This document shows positions 13,351-26,197 of a stretch of DNA of 64,000 bases, one piece after another; the first letter of the stretch is position 1, and every line of letters starts with the position of its first letter. The DNA is taken from assembly GCA_002269645.1 (NCBI GenBank), contig NIVC01001346.1, positions 186,001 through 250,000 of the forward strand, read 5' to 3'. Both the position numbers and the translations under genes were made by a program. This DNA comes from Macrostomum lignano. Its lineage: Eukaryota. A model generated the notes under the pieces. The model was not told where the DNA came from. It was given only the letters and a program-made list of their open reading frames with translations, and made no database searches.

Positions 13351-13604
13351 ATCGGGGTACGGCTCGTTCACCGCACTGTCATCAAACGAGAGGCCAATTT
13401 TAGAGTGATCACACACGGCTTGCACATAAATCTTCGCCGCTTTGTATATCAACTGTGTGGTTTGATAAATTATTTGATGCCGGTGTGAACGAGCCTTACG
13501 AGCCAGGGGTTGGTATCGGCTCATGAAGAATACGGGGGTTTGCTCGTATGGGGTAGTTTCGATTCTTGAAGGATCAGAGGGGGTAGCGGCTGTCCCTGAA
13601 TTAA

Positions 13605-14630
13605 CTGGGGCTGTGGTACTGAGGGCCCTGAATGATAGGGGCTGTGGTACTGAGGGCCCTGAATGATCGGGGCTGTGGTACTGAGGGCCCTGAATGATCG
13701 GGGCTGTGGTACTGAGGGCCCTGAATGATCGGGGCTGTGGTACTGAGGGCCCTGAATGATCGGGGCTGTGGTACTGAGGGCCCTGAATGATAGGGGCTGT
13801 GGTACTGAGGGCCCTGAATGATCGGGGCTGTGGTACTGAGGGCCCTGAATGATCGGGGCTGTGGTACTGAGGGCCCTGAATGATAGGGGCTGTGGTACTG
13901 AGGGCCCTGAATGATAGAGGCTGTGGTACTGAGGGCCCTGAATGATAGGGGCTGTGGTACTGAGGGCCCTGAATGATAGGGGCTGTGGTACTGAGGGCCC
14001 TGAATGATCGGGGCTGTGGTACTGAGGGCCCTGAATGATAGAGGCTGTGGTACTGAGGGCCCTGAATGATCGGGGCTGTGGTACTGAGGGCCCTGAATGA
14101 TCGGGGCTGTGGTACTGAGGGCCCTGAATGATCGGGGCTGTGGTACTGAGGGCCCTGAATGATAGGGGCTGTGGTACTGAGGGCCCTGAATGATCGGGGC
14201 TGTGGTACTGAGGGCCCTGAATGATAGGGGCTGTGGTGCTGAGGGCCCTGAATGATCGGGGCTGTGGTACTGAGGGCCCTGAATGATCGGGGCTGTGGTG
14301 CTGAGGGCCCTGAATGATCGGGGCTGTGGTACTGAGGGCCCTGAATGATCGGGGCTGTGGTGCTGAGGGCCCTGAATGATCGGGGCTGTGGTACTGAGGG
14401 CCCTGAATGATCGTGGCTGTGGTACTGAGGGCCCTGAATGATCAGGGCTGTGGTACTGAGGGCCCTGAATGATCAGGGCTGTGGTACTGAGGGCCCTGAA
14501 TGATCAGGGCTGTGGTACTGAGGGCCCTGAATGATCGGGGCTGTGGTACTGAGGGCCCTGAATGATCGGGGCTGTGGTACTGAGGGCCCTGAATGATCGG
14601 GGCTGTGGTACTGAGGGCCCTGAATGATGG
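13605..14630. repeat. 31-bp minisatellite (GGGGCTGTGGTACTGAGGGCCCTGAATGATC)n
   Basis: About 33 tandem copies. Confidence 0.97.
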
Positions 14631-15409
14631 GGGTAGAGTATAGCGCCGCTCAACTTCAATTTTTTGGTGTAATTTTTAAAAGCTTTTCTGCTCGATGCGT
14701 CGGTGCTAAATATGCATTAAACGCAGAATATACACTCGTATAAATGCATAACAAATAAAAGAATTGCTCAAGAGATACAATAGAATTCGAAGATGTCAAA
14801 AACAAGAAATTTATTATTTGCAAAACTCTAGACTAGAATTCGGATAAGTGCAGAGAAGGAACACTCAGACAACATATTATTATCGAATAATAAAATCTGT
14901 CTTTAAAAATAAGAGCAGCCGTATTGCTGGTCCAAGCGATGCAGAAAAGAAAAAAAATGGCTAGAAGCAGACTCGTCACAAAACAACAGCTAAACTATAA
15001 GCAAGTCGAACACTAATAAATAGAATTACTTCAGTAGTATGTAGTAACTTTTCAATAGTCACGATATAATCTTGCCGACTCGTGATAATTCAAGATTTGC
15101 ATTCAGTGTGCAGCGTGGACACGGATGTCTAAAATTTACAGTTTATCTGTTCAATAGATTTTCTCACGCTTAAGCCGCGGAGTCCTTAAAGCCAGCCAGC
15201 TGGATTGGAAGCGAGTAGATACAGTATCTAATTAGAACTCTTGATTGAGGAAGCATCACTTGCAATTTTATCATTGATTTTAAACACAAAAAAACTACGT
15301 ATATCAGACTTAATGACAGCCTACTGAAGGATAAGCTGCGGTTCCTGAAGAATTGGGGGTAGGGATCGCGGAAACCCCTGAAGAATAGGATGTTAATGTT
15401 GGCAGTGGC

Positions 15410-16975
15410 CACTGAAGAATCGGGGGTAGGGGCTGTTTAGCGACGGAGCTCCTGAAGAATCGGGGGTAGTGGCTGTTTAGCGACGGAGCTCCTGAAGAAT
15501 CGGGGGTAGGGGCTGTTTAGCGACGGAGCTCCTGAAGAATCGGGGTAGGGGCTGTTTAGCGACGGAGCTCCTGAAGAATCGGGGTAGGGGCTGTTTAGCG
15601 ACGGAGCTCCTGAAGAATCGGGGGTAGTGGCTGTTTAGCGACGGAGCTCCTGAAGAATCGGGGGTAGGGGCTGTTTAGCGACGGAGCTCCTGAAGAATCG
15701 GGGGTAGGGGCTGTTTAGCGACGGAGCTCCTGAAGAATCGGGGGTAGGGGCTGTTTAGCGACGGAGCTCCTGAAGAATCGGGGGTAGTGGCTGTTTAGAG
15801 ACGGAGCTCCTGAAGAATCGGGGGTAGGGGCTGTTTAGCGACGGAGCTCCTGAAGAATCGGGGGTAGGGGCTGTTTAGCGACGGAGCTCCTGAAGAATCG
15901 GGGGTAGGGGCTGTTTAGCGACGGAGCTCCTGAAGAATCGGGGTAGGGGCTGTTTAGCGACGGAGCTCCTGAAGAATCGGGGTAGGGGCTGTTTAGCGAC
16001 GGAGCTCCTGAAGAATCGGGGGTAGTGGCTGTTTAGAGACGGAGCTCCTGAAGAATCGGGGGTAGGGGCTGTTTAGCGACGGAGCTCCTGAAGAATCGGG
16101 GGTAGGGGCTGTTTAGCGACGGAGCTCCTGAAGAATCGGGGGTAGGGGCTGTTTAGCGACGGAGCTCCTGAAGAATCGGGGTAGGGGCTGTTTAGCGACG
16201 GAGCTCCTGAAGAATCGGGGGTAGGGGCTGTTTAGCGACGGAGCTCCTGAAGAATCGGGGGTAGTGGCTGTTTAGCGACGGAGCTCCTGAAGAATCGGGG
16301 GTAGGGGCTGTTTAGCGACGGAGCTCCTGAAGAATCGGGGGTAGGGGCTGTTTAGCGACGGAGCTCCTGAAGAATCGGGGGTAGGGGCTGTTTAGCGACG
16401 GAGCTCCTGAAGAATCGGGGGTAGTGGCTGTTTAGAGACGGAGCTCCTGAAGAATCGGGGGTAGGGGCTGTTTAGCGACGGAGCTCCTGAAGAATCGGGG
16501 GTAGGGGCTGTTTAGCGACGGAGCTCCTGAAGAATCGGGGTAGGGGCTGTTTAGCGACGGAGCTCCTGAAGAATCGGGGGTAGTGGCTGTTTAGCGACGG
16601 AGCTCCTGAAGAATCGGGGGTAGGGGCTGTTTAGCGACGGAGCTCCTGAAGAATCGGGGGTAGGGGCTGTTTAGCGACGGAGCTCCTGAAGAATCGGGGT
16701 AGGGGCTGTTTAGCGACGGAGCTCCTGAAGAATCGGGGGTAGGGGCTATTTAGAGACGGAGCTCCTGAAGAATCGGGGGTAGGGGCTGTTTAGCGACGGA
16801 GCTCCTGAAGAATCGGGGGTAGGGGCTGTTTAGCGACGGAGCTCCTGAAGAATCGGGGGTAGGGGCTGTTTAGCGACGGAGCTCCTGAAGAGTCGGGGGT
16901 AGGGGCTGTTTAGCGACGGAGCTCCTGAAGAGTCGGGGGTAGGGGCTTAGCGACGGAGCTCCTGAAGAATCGGGG
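15410..16975. repeat. 39-40-bp minisatellite (CCTGAAGAATCGGGGGTAGGGGCTGTTTAGCGACGGAGCT)n
   Basis: About 39 tandem copies that differ mainly in G-run length. Confidence 0.97.
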
Positions 16976-17173
16976 TTAGAGGAAGTTTTACTGGTCCAAG
17001 CGATGGGGTGGGGGTCACCACGAAGATTTACTTTCTTTGAAGAATTAATAGAACGATACTACAAGCTAATATAGATTTGAGATTAAACTGTCAGAAACTG
17101 AAGAATGACATTCATTGATCACCCAATCGCTCCCGCTAGCATCACAGCCTACTGCTCACTCTCTACTCGTATC

Positions 17174-19649
17174 TCAGGCCCAGATGCGCAGCGTGGTGTC
17201 CCAGCTGCCGGTACAAACGGCCGTGCCGTCTGGCACAACCCGCAGACAGCTGACCCGATTCTCGTGCCCGTACAGCATAGCAACTCGTTTAGCCTTCAAC
17301 ACGTCCCAAACGTTGAGCACGTAGTCCGAATAGCCGGCGAATAGCAGGCGGCCGCTCAGGCTGAAATCCACGGCGTTGCAGCCAAACAGGACAGACTCCT
17401 TCTTGTAGACGGCCACCTCCCGGTCGGTGCGCAGGTCGAACAGTCGGCAGCTGGCGTCGTCGCTGCCAGTGACGAAGGCATCGCCGGACGGATAGAATCT
17501 GACGCTATTGACGTCCGACTCGTGACTGTCAAATAGTTGGACACACTGGCCGCTGCGCATGTCCCAAACGTTGGCGGCTCGGTCACAGCCGGCCGAGACG
17601 AAAACTCGGCCACTCTCAGACGGGCTTAGGTCCAATGCCTGGACGTCGCCGGCGTGGCCATGGAAGGATTGAATCATCTGGCCGCTCTCGACGTCCCAAA
17701 GGACGCAGGTCGAATCTCCACTACCTGTTAGCACCTGGCAGTTTGGTGAAGGATATTTTTTAGAGATTTTTGCTAAAGTACATAGTGACTTTTTATTATG
17801 CTTCATATTAGGCCAATGACTATTATGCAAAACACCATCAGGCTTACTAATTGACTGGGTGACCAACTGTTTGACTGGGTGACCAACTGATTGACTGGGT
17901 GACCAACTGATTGACTGGGTGACCGACTGATTGACTGGGTGACCAACTGATTGACTGGGTGACCAACTGATTGACTGGGTGACCAACTGATTGACTGTGT
18001 GATCAACTGATCGACTGGGTGACCAACTGATTGACTGGGTGACCAACTGATTGACTTGGTGACCGACTGATTGACTGGGTGACCAACTGATTGACTGTGT
18101 GACCAACTGATTGACTGGGTGACCAACTGATTGACTGGGTGACCAACTGATTGACTGGGTGACCAACTGATTGACTGGGTGACCAACTGTTTGACTGGGT
18201 GACCAACTGTTTAACTGGGTGACCAACTAATTGACTGGGTGACCAGCTATTTGACTGGGTGACCAACTGATTGACTGAATGAACAACTGATTGACTGAAT
18301 GACCAACTGATTGACTGAATGACAAACGGATTGACTGAATGACCAACTGATTGACTGGGTGGGTCTTATTTTGTAAAAGTTCGGTTCAACCATAAAGTTT
18401 TTCCTTAATTGGAATACGACTAAGTTGCTAAATGGGCGCTCGTTGTGCGGCCCTCGGCAAGTGGTACTCAGCATGTGACATTTTCTGGCGTGCGCTGCGC
18501 AGTAGCGTAGAAAATTTCCATCCATTGGACCACCCTCCCCCCCCCTCGGTTTGTCCCGTGACCCTTTGACGCGGCTCCCATCCCATATAATCAAAAATTA
18601 AAGAGAATCCTCAGATAGCTAGAGCTTAAGTTGTCAGACCTCGAAAACCATACAGGCTTGAATTATAATTTACATTTACAAACGCGAAACGAGAATGCAA
18701 GAAATATCAGAAAATAAACAATTTCACACCTGATGATCGGAGGTGTTAAACTGGCAGCAAGCCAGGTAAGACGTGTGCGTGCCAACCAGCCTCTTCTTGG
18801 TGACGGGTTCCTCTTCCAGCAGCGGGTAGATGCTGCACTTGTTATCCAACCCGCCACAGGCCACAAACTGGCCAGATGGGCTATAGGCGCAGGCCATCAC
18901 CCAGGTGGTTGCCATGGAGATGGCGTGCTCCTTATTGGTTGTAAATGCATCCCATACAAGCAGTTTTCCATCCTAAAGAAATGTATAAAGAAAGCAGATG
19001 TTAAATGATACATTGCATACTTGTCTAACTTGGCACACATTAAACTTACATGAGATGTTGACACAAGATGGCGCTTGTCTTGAGACCAGGACATACAAAG
19101 AACTTTTCCCTGGTGACCCTTGAGTACTTTTCGAACTTTGATGTTGACTTGAGTGATTGGCTCTATCTTTTGGCATGATAGAATCACTAAAAATTAATAG
19201 GATAGTGAGAATTTCATAAGCACTTATTACATTTCAATAAAATAGAAACTTTTTCACTACCTAATTTAGCACAGTATTTACTGCATAAATATGTATTTTA
19301 GTATATGGATTTAGGAAAAGCTATCTATATACAAGTATCAGCAGCACATATACAGGCTTACATGGATAAAGTATCTTAACCATGGTAACTTCTTGCATTA
19401 TATAATATTACCAAAAAAGCAATAGATCAACACAAAAATTATTCAAAAAACAAATTGTACTTCCCCACATAACCACATAACCTAGGAATTTATCATGTTG
19501 GTTTAAATCAGAATAGTGTTAATTTTAGAAAATTAAAAAAAAGTTTAGAAAGTAAAAAACTTACAGTCAGCATCAGAAAGCTTTCCCTGTTCCTCAGCAA
19601 GCTTCTTTTTCAGTGTCTCTATTTCTCCTGTTAGATCTTGTTCTTCCAT
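17174..19649 (-). CDS. GNB5: G protein beta-5 subunit, 4 exons (19649-19565, 19186-19050, 18972-18730, 17734-17174), 341 aa
   Basis: Spliced product [29 protein letters not shown]...[13 protein letters not shown]...[17 protein letters not shown]...[15 protein letters not shown]...[12 protein letters not shown]...[13 protein letters not shown]40 repeats with GNB5-type features; all junctions GT-AG and in phase. Confidence 0.95.
17850..18362. repeat. Second array of the 20-bp GACTGGGTGACCAACTGATT family, GNB5 intron 3
   Basis: Same unit and orientation as 8728-10727; about 25 copies, degenerate on the right. Confidence 0.95.
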
Positions 19650-20585
19650 TTAGTAAATAAATTCAGAAAAATGAGAATATATTTTATAAGAAATAAGAAA
19701 TAATTAAAATAGATTGAACTCGTTAATTTAGAACTAAAAAAATTGAATATATAAAATCAATGTAGAATTTTGTCCAGTTATAATTGTATACACAAAAATG
19801 AACTGATTTTGACCAGATACAGTAGTTTAATTGTGTATATGGTAGTTCTCAATGACACCTACTGCATCTAAAATTGAATAGGTTTACTTGCAGTCCGTGT
19901 TGGTGGACGTCCTATCTAAGTGCCCAAAAAGAAGTTTGCTTTCAAAGTTAAAAAAATATTTATATATTGTCGCGAGTCATGAATCGCTTTATTCAGAATA
20001 AAGGTTTACTATTATAAATTAATAATGCTGCAAATACTAGCTTTATTCTGTAAGTATGTAGGATGTCTGAAGAGTTTGTTTTATTTTGATCCTAAGTTTC
20101 TATTTTTTTAACTTTGCTCATGATTTCGAGTTTCTAGAAAATTGTTTTATTTACACCGCTTAATACATACAATACAGCCTTTCTTTTTTCTTTGTTTGAA
20201 ACGCAGCTTTTCATTCACGATTTCCCAGTGATTTTTTTACTTTCGAGGCCTATATACTTAGATTATATACAAAATCTGATTTTTACTGAATATACTCTCC
20301 TTTGGCTTTAGTTTGACTATTTAGTTTGACTATTTTTTGTATTAGTCTTAGACCTCTAATAAATTAACTTGAGTAGTGTTTAATAACAATATGTCTACTT
20401 GCTTTGTGAATTTCATCGGTAACTTAACTCTAGTTCATTGTTTATTTAAGTATTTTTGAGCAGTTTTAGATCCTAACACTGACTTATTAACTTATTTATA
20501 AAAAAACTTATTATAATTTATAACATTCATTCTAAAATGAAACAAAGGACCTGCATAATCAACATTTGTTTTTAGCTAGTTTTTA

Positions 20586-20894
20586 ACTAGGAAGTTGAAT
20601 TTGCCAAAAAAGTGACAAAAATTTGAACTTGGATAGGAGAGAACAAGCAAGGGGAGAACTAGGAACTCCACTTTATAAACTTAAGTTCGCAAATAGTCCC
20701 TAATTGCCCCCTTGCTTGTTCTCTCTGAATTTTTGTCCTTTTTGCCAAATCCGGCTTCCTGGTGACACTGAGCAGAATGATATATCAATTATGTACATAG
20801 GTTACTCGGGCTCCACTTTATGAGCCTAAGTTGACAGGCCCTTTCTGTGTTCACAGCAATATTTAAAATAAACCAAAAGGAGTAGCAGCTCTAT
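20586..20894. mobile_element. Left-truncated copy of a palindromic MITE-like element
   Basis: About 300-bp direct repeat of 24010-24287, with internal inverted arms of about 55 bp. Confidence 0.65.
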
Positions 20895-23800
20895 GTTAAT
20901 GTTGATTTCTAGGTTAATAGAAAGATAATACATATAATACATAGTTTAATAAATAGATAATATAGTATTGGTTCTCTAAAATAAGAATGAGAACTATCTT
21001 AAATTTATTTTTGGCAGTTTTTACTATATTATTATTATTTCATATTTTGTTATTAGGGTACTTTTTTAATAATAATATCCCTACTACTATCACTAACAGT
21101 TGTAGGGCTATTCTAACTTCTATTTTCTGGTTTCCTAAAGCTGCCACCAAAGTTGTTTCAGGGTAACCTTTCTATTAATTAATCAACTTTTGTATCAATG
21201 TACTCTATATTTATTGGTGGTGTGACTAATTTTCTATCTACTTCTATATTGGTAGTGTCTACTTATCTTATTAGTAGCATTTGTATATTCACTATACTCT
21301 GGCCTGAGCAGTCTAATGGCACTGTCTATTCTATTTACTTTATAAGTTTTCTCTTAGTCCTGGGCATTCCCTAGATTAGAGGGTCACAACCTTATGTGAT
21401 TTTCCCTGCTCTGAGGCAATTTCTCCTGCCCTGAGGTGGCTATACACTCTATAAGGTTATTGCCCTGAGGCGATTCTTGTTCCTTAGTGGTTCTCTGATA
21501 CTCCCAAAGTTAGGTTTTTACCATAGAAATGAATAAGCTTTTCTGAACACTAGCAAATTTTATATGAGAACTATTGTATTAACTTTGCTTAGGCAAGTTT
21601 ATTAGCTTGCTAACGATTCAAGTCAAGTTGCTTTCCTGGCCCATTCTAGCCCTTTATTTATACCATATTTTTAGAACAAGCTTAAACAAAGTGGAATATT
21701 TTTGAAAATGACAACAGTTAAACAAAATTTTGCATCAATTTGAATGTGCATATTTTTTAAAAAGTGTAGCAAAATGTAAAGTATTAATTGTGCATAAAAA
21801 AAGACTAATATTTTTTTACTTACCACAGGCACTATCTTAATTTGTTCATTCAATCTTATTAAATTCAAATTTAAATTATAAATTTCAAATCATTTTAAAC
21901 TTAAACTAAAAAATTGTAAATTATATTAAATATCTATTGAAATCAAAATATACAATCATAAACTAAAAATTGTACTTTCATTGAAATCTTTAATATTTAG
22001 TTAAAGATAAAAAGGCTTTAAAGATAAAGCCTTGTCAACTCATCTGTTACCATTAGATTAAAAAATTTAATGTTAAGCCAGTTTTGCTTAATTCATTTGT
22101 ATAAGCCTATATATGGACTTATTCTTTATATATACTATAGGAAATAAAGCACTTAGTATAACAGTTGACATATACTTAGATTCAAATTTTTAGTATAAGT
22201 CTGAACCAATAATATTCTAGATAAAGATTAAAAATAAGATTATATATTTTAGATATATGTGTATCGATAGACTACAAAAGAAATAGATAGGAACTTGAAA
22301 CTAATGAGAATAAAGGTAAGTTAAGAGGTTGTTTTTTGGCTCAAAAAGGTTGGTTCAAAAAATATAAATGTCAACTTTTGATTGAGTTACCAAAATAAAA
22401 AGATGGGCAAAGATTTTTTAAAATCAAAATGCTATAACTTGTAGGCAGAGATAATTTTTAAGATGCTATATAGTTTATATAGTTGCATGGGATATTGCTA
22501 AGATACTAAGGCTTGTAGAAATAATAAGCATTTTTTTATTTAGCATTATTAAATAGCTCTTAAAAAGAGATCCTTTTAATTGATTTTTTGTTTGTTCTTT
22601 CTTATAGGATTTTTAAAGAATAAATATCTATGTGTATTCTACTAGCAATCTAATGCACCCTTTGGGGTGCCCAATAAGCAAAGAGCAAAAATTATCCATT
22701 TAAAAGCACATTATCTAAAGAATAAGTTCCTTTTTCAGTTTTAAAAATCACCTTATTTGAATAAAATTGTCATAGAAAAAGATGTTTGCTATAAATCCCT
22801 TTTTTTAAGTAACAATAAGACTGCAAAATAAAGCCTTCAGAGAGATAATAGGCATTCCCCCTAAATAGAAAACATATCCAAAATAGCAAGCACCTTCCCA
22901 ATACTAATAAGCTCTTTCAAATAACAAGCATCCCCCAGATAGCAAGTAGCTAGTGCAACCATTTCATTTGGCTAATGCCATAATCCATATAGCCATGATA
23001 TTAGAAGCCTTAGAAGAGAAAGGTATTAGAAAAGAATTATAAGAGGTATTGGCTATATGTAGATCTTTTTTTATTTTTACTGTTACCATTCTATAATTCT
23101 GACTCTAGGTCTTTGAATATAAATAAATATTAAGACTTAATTATTTGAATTTAGCAAAATTTACTTTAACAAAGCCCTATAAAAATGCTAGAAATACTAT
23201 TTGGAGCTTAGGCATATATTTTATAATGATTTGAATTTTATATCCTCTGCTACCAATGGGATAAATTCCTAGATGGTTAGCAATGGTAGGATTCTTTGCA
23301 ACCACATTCAGAATGTATTTGATGCCTTTTATAAGCAAATATTTTTAAATACTATATTGTTATAGCTATAAAGATTGAGTTAAGTCAAGTTACAAAGATT
23401 GATTTGGTTGACTTAGAACATTTAGGGAAGGTCATTCTAAGTCTTCCATTCTTTTATAAGCATTGGCTTGTATGAGTATAGGTTTATTCCTTTGTCTGCT
23501 TCTTTTTAGGCCAATTCTAGCCTAGCCACATTCTATGCTTATCAAACTCCTTAGTCTTTCTGACCTTGCTTATCAACTACTATATAGATCTAGTTTGCTA
23601 AGAAATTGTTAAATGCTAAGGGGTTTTATTTGAAAACAAGTAGTATATTTTGTTCATGGAATTTAAAATAAGGCAAAAATTTGAACAACCAAATTTGGAT
23701 TATAATTTGAACTTTTAAGTCAGTTTCTCATTCTCTTGGTTCATGTTTCCTCCCTCATCCTCATTGCACATATCTGATTGTGTCTACAATGTCATATTTA

Positions 23801-23910
23801 TTGGCAGTTGCACTAAGCTCTAAAGATTTGCACCTCACATTTTTACACTCATTTTCTTTTTTATGTTTTGATCCATTCTAATCTAGCTTATTTGTTATGA
23901 TTGACTCTTG

Positions 23911-24287
23911 TTAGATATTCCCTGTATCCCACAAAGGGCCTGTCAACTTTAGCTCATAAAATGGAGCCTGAGTAACCTATAGATAATATGTCAGTCTGCT
24001 TACAGTGACACTAGGAAGTTGAATTTGGCAAAAAAGTGACAAAAATTTGACCTGGGATAGGAGAGAACAAGCAAGGGGAGAACTAGGGACTCCACTTTAT
24101 GAACCTTGCTTGTTCTCTCTGGATTTTTGTCCTTTTTGCCAAATCCAGCTTCCTGGTGACACCGAGCAGAATGATGTATCAATTGTGTACATAGGTTACT
24201 CAGGCTCCACTTTATGAGCCTAAGTTGACAGGCCCTTTCTGTGTTCATAGCAATATTTAAAAAAGCCAAAAGGAGCAGCAGCTCTAT
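23911..24287. mobile_element. Palindromic (foldback) MITE-like element
   Basis: Left arm 23930-24085 (CACAAAGGGCCTGTCAAC...AGAGAACAAGCAAGG) is the imperfect reverse complement of right arm about 24104-24243; short central spacer. TSD not resolved. Confidence 0.65.
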
Positions 24288-26197
24288 ATCACTGGATCTG
24301 CACTGTAAGCCTCTAAGCCTTAATTCCTTTGTTGTTCTGATCTGCTAGATAGCAATAGGCAGCTTAGAAGGATCTAGCGTGTTTTACATTTTGGCTCTGC
24401 TCCATTTAGCACACGAGGTTTGGCTAGCTGCTACCCAATGATCAGTCTAGGCACATTCTATTTAACAAAATGCACCGTGCCAATGGTTTTAGCTACTTGC
24501 TAAGTATACTGATAGTAGTAGTAAATAAGGCTAATAAAATTAGCAGAAAATCTGATTGAATTCTGTTTATTATTATTCACTTGTAACTCTCTTGTCTCAT
24601 AAAGAGTTTTCAAATTGAAGCTTAATTTAAATTCAGTTTTTTATTTGGTTTTTGTTGTCACTGTTTCTATTTGAATAACAATCTTATTTAAGGTCAGTAC
24701 ATTAAAGTGTCATTAATAAAAACTTTTAAACGTTCTACCTCAGAAAAGTTATCCAAAATTTGAATAACAATTTTATTTTCCTGCATCAGATTCTATTCAA
24801 TTTGCCTATTCGAATTTTCAATTCGCGTGCTTAATTGCTTTTTCTATAAAAGCAGAACTGTATTCAGCCAGTTGCTTGTAATTAAGTGCATAGTTCTTCT
24901 TGGGTCGCCTGCTTTTATTAAGGACAGGTGAAACACAGAGTATGAGTATATTTAGAAGCACGAAATTAAATATTAAGCTTGCGTAGAAACTGATCCTGCA
25001 GCGCTGTAGATTTTTTCCATCTGCTTTTTTAGCGCTTGTCGCTCATCGTTTAATTCTCTTTTCTTTAACTTTTCTTTCTTTCTCTTCTCATTGTCTTTCT
25101 TCTAGAAGCTTCTGGTTCACTCTCTCTGCGTGCGCCGCGATTTAAATGGCCCGCTCGCGGCAGCGGTCGTGGTTGACCCAACTCAAGCATTGCCAGCCTG
25201 CCTTAAACCTCTTGACGTTCACCCCCTTCCCTCCGCTATTAAAGCTAACCCACAGAAGCCGCCAGTGAACTGTCCGTTCCATCATCACTACAGCTTCTAT
25301 ATAGTCACTACAGCTTCTATTCTCCCCCTTGGTACTTAGAGATATTTTATTGCTGGCCAGCCTGCTGCTCCATGCACACGCCTCTTATTTCGCTCGTCTT
25401 CTCTGCAGTTTCGCCGCATGCGTGCGAGAATAAAAAAGTTGTGTTGCATAGCTAAGCTCCGAGTACTACTCGGGCGTGTACTGAGAACTAATTGAGCGAG
25501 TATGGCCTCAGTGCAACGAATAGTCTTGAGTAGGCAATCTGTCTTTCCCTCTTCATAGTCGAGCTTGCTCAATGCTCATTCACCGATTGGCAACACGCAC
25601 TGCGGTTGGTTGGCGGTCGGGGAAAACAGTCTCTCCCTTCCAAGCCACCTCTCCGCTGCCCTCTTCTGCCAGAGCCGGTCAATGCGCTCAGAATGAAAAA
25701 AAAATATGTGTGAAGGCTTGGCCTTGGCGAGAGGGCCGCGCAAAGGACAGAGAGAAGATGGGTTGCGCCTGTGCATGGGTTGGTGGCGAAGGCTTAGACT
25801 TTAACAAAAAACAAAAAGCGAGTAAGGTGGCGCTGCTGGTAGCCGCGAAGCCGGTTCATTTTTCTATATTTTTTGCTTCGCTCGGCCTCGAAACTTCGAA
25901 CGTTTGCTGTTAGTTCTAATCTTTCCTCTTGCAAACATTCCTTCTCCTGCGATTGGATAAGAACAGCTTTTGGCCAGATAAGCGCTCGAGCGTATCTTGA
26001 GTGTTCAAAAGAAGTTAAAGTCCCCTCTTCCGCGGCTTGGTGCGCGCGCAAAAACATATACTCTTTTCAGTTGAAGGCATAACTGCATTAAACGCGTCAT
26101 TTGGTCTTGGCCAGTGGTTTCTCCGCCTCTTATTAGCGCCTAAGCGCGCTGCAGCATTCAGAAAAGCGAAAAGTCAGAATTAAACACTATCGTGAAT

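Noticed and set aside
8728-16975. CRISPR-like arrays
   Set aside because: Units are directly adjacent with no unique spacers, there are no cas genes, and the context is eukaryotic.
17735-18226. N-terminal 163 aa of ORF 17174-18226
   Set aside because: GNB5 intron 3 repeat read-through; the real exon starts at 17734.
21000-23650. Decayed retroelement or transposase ORF in the CpG-poor domain
   Set aside because: No RT, integrase or DDE motif could be recognised by eye; needs tBLASTx against TE libraries.
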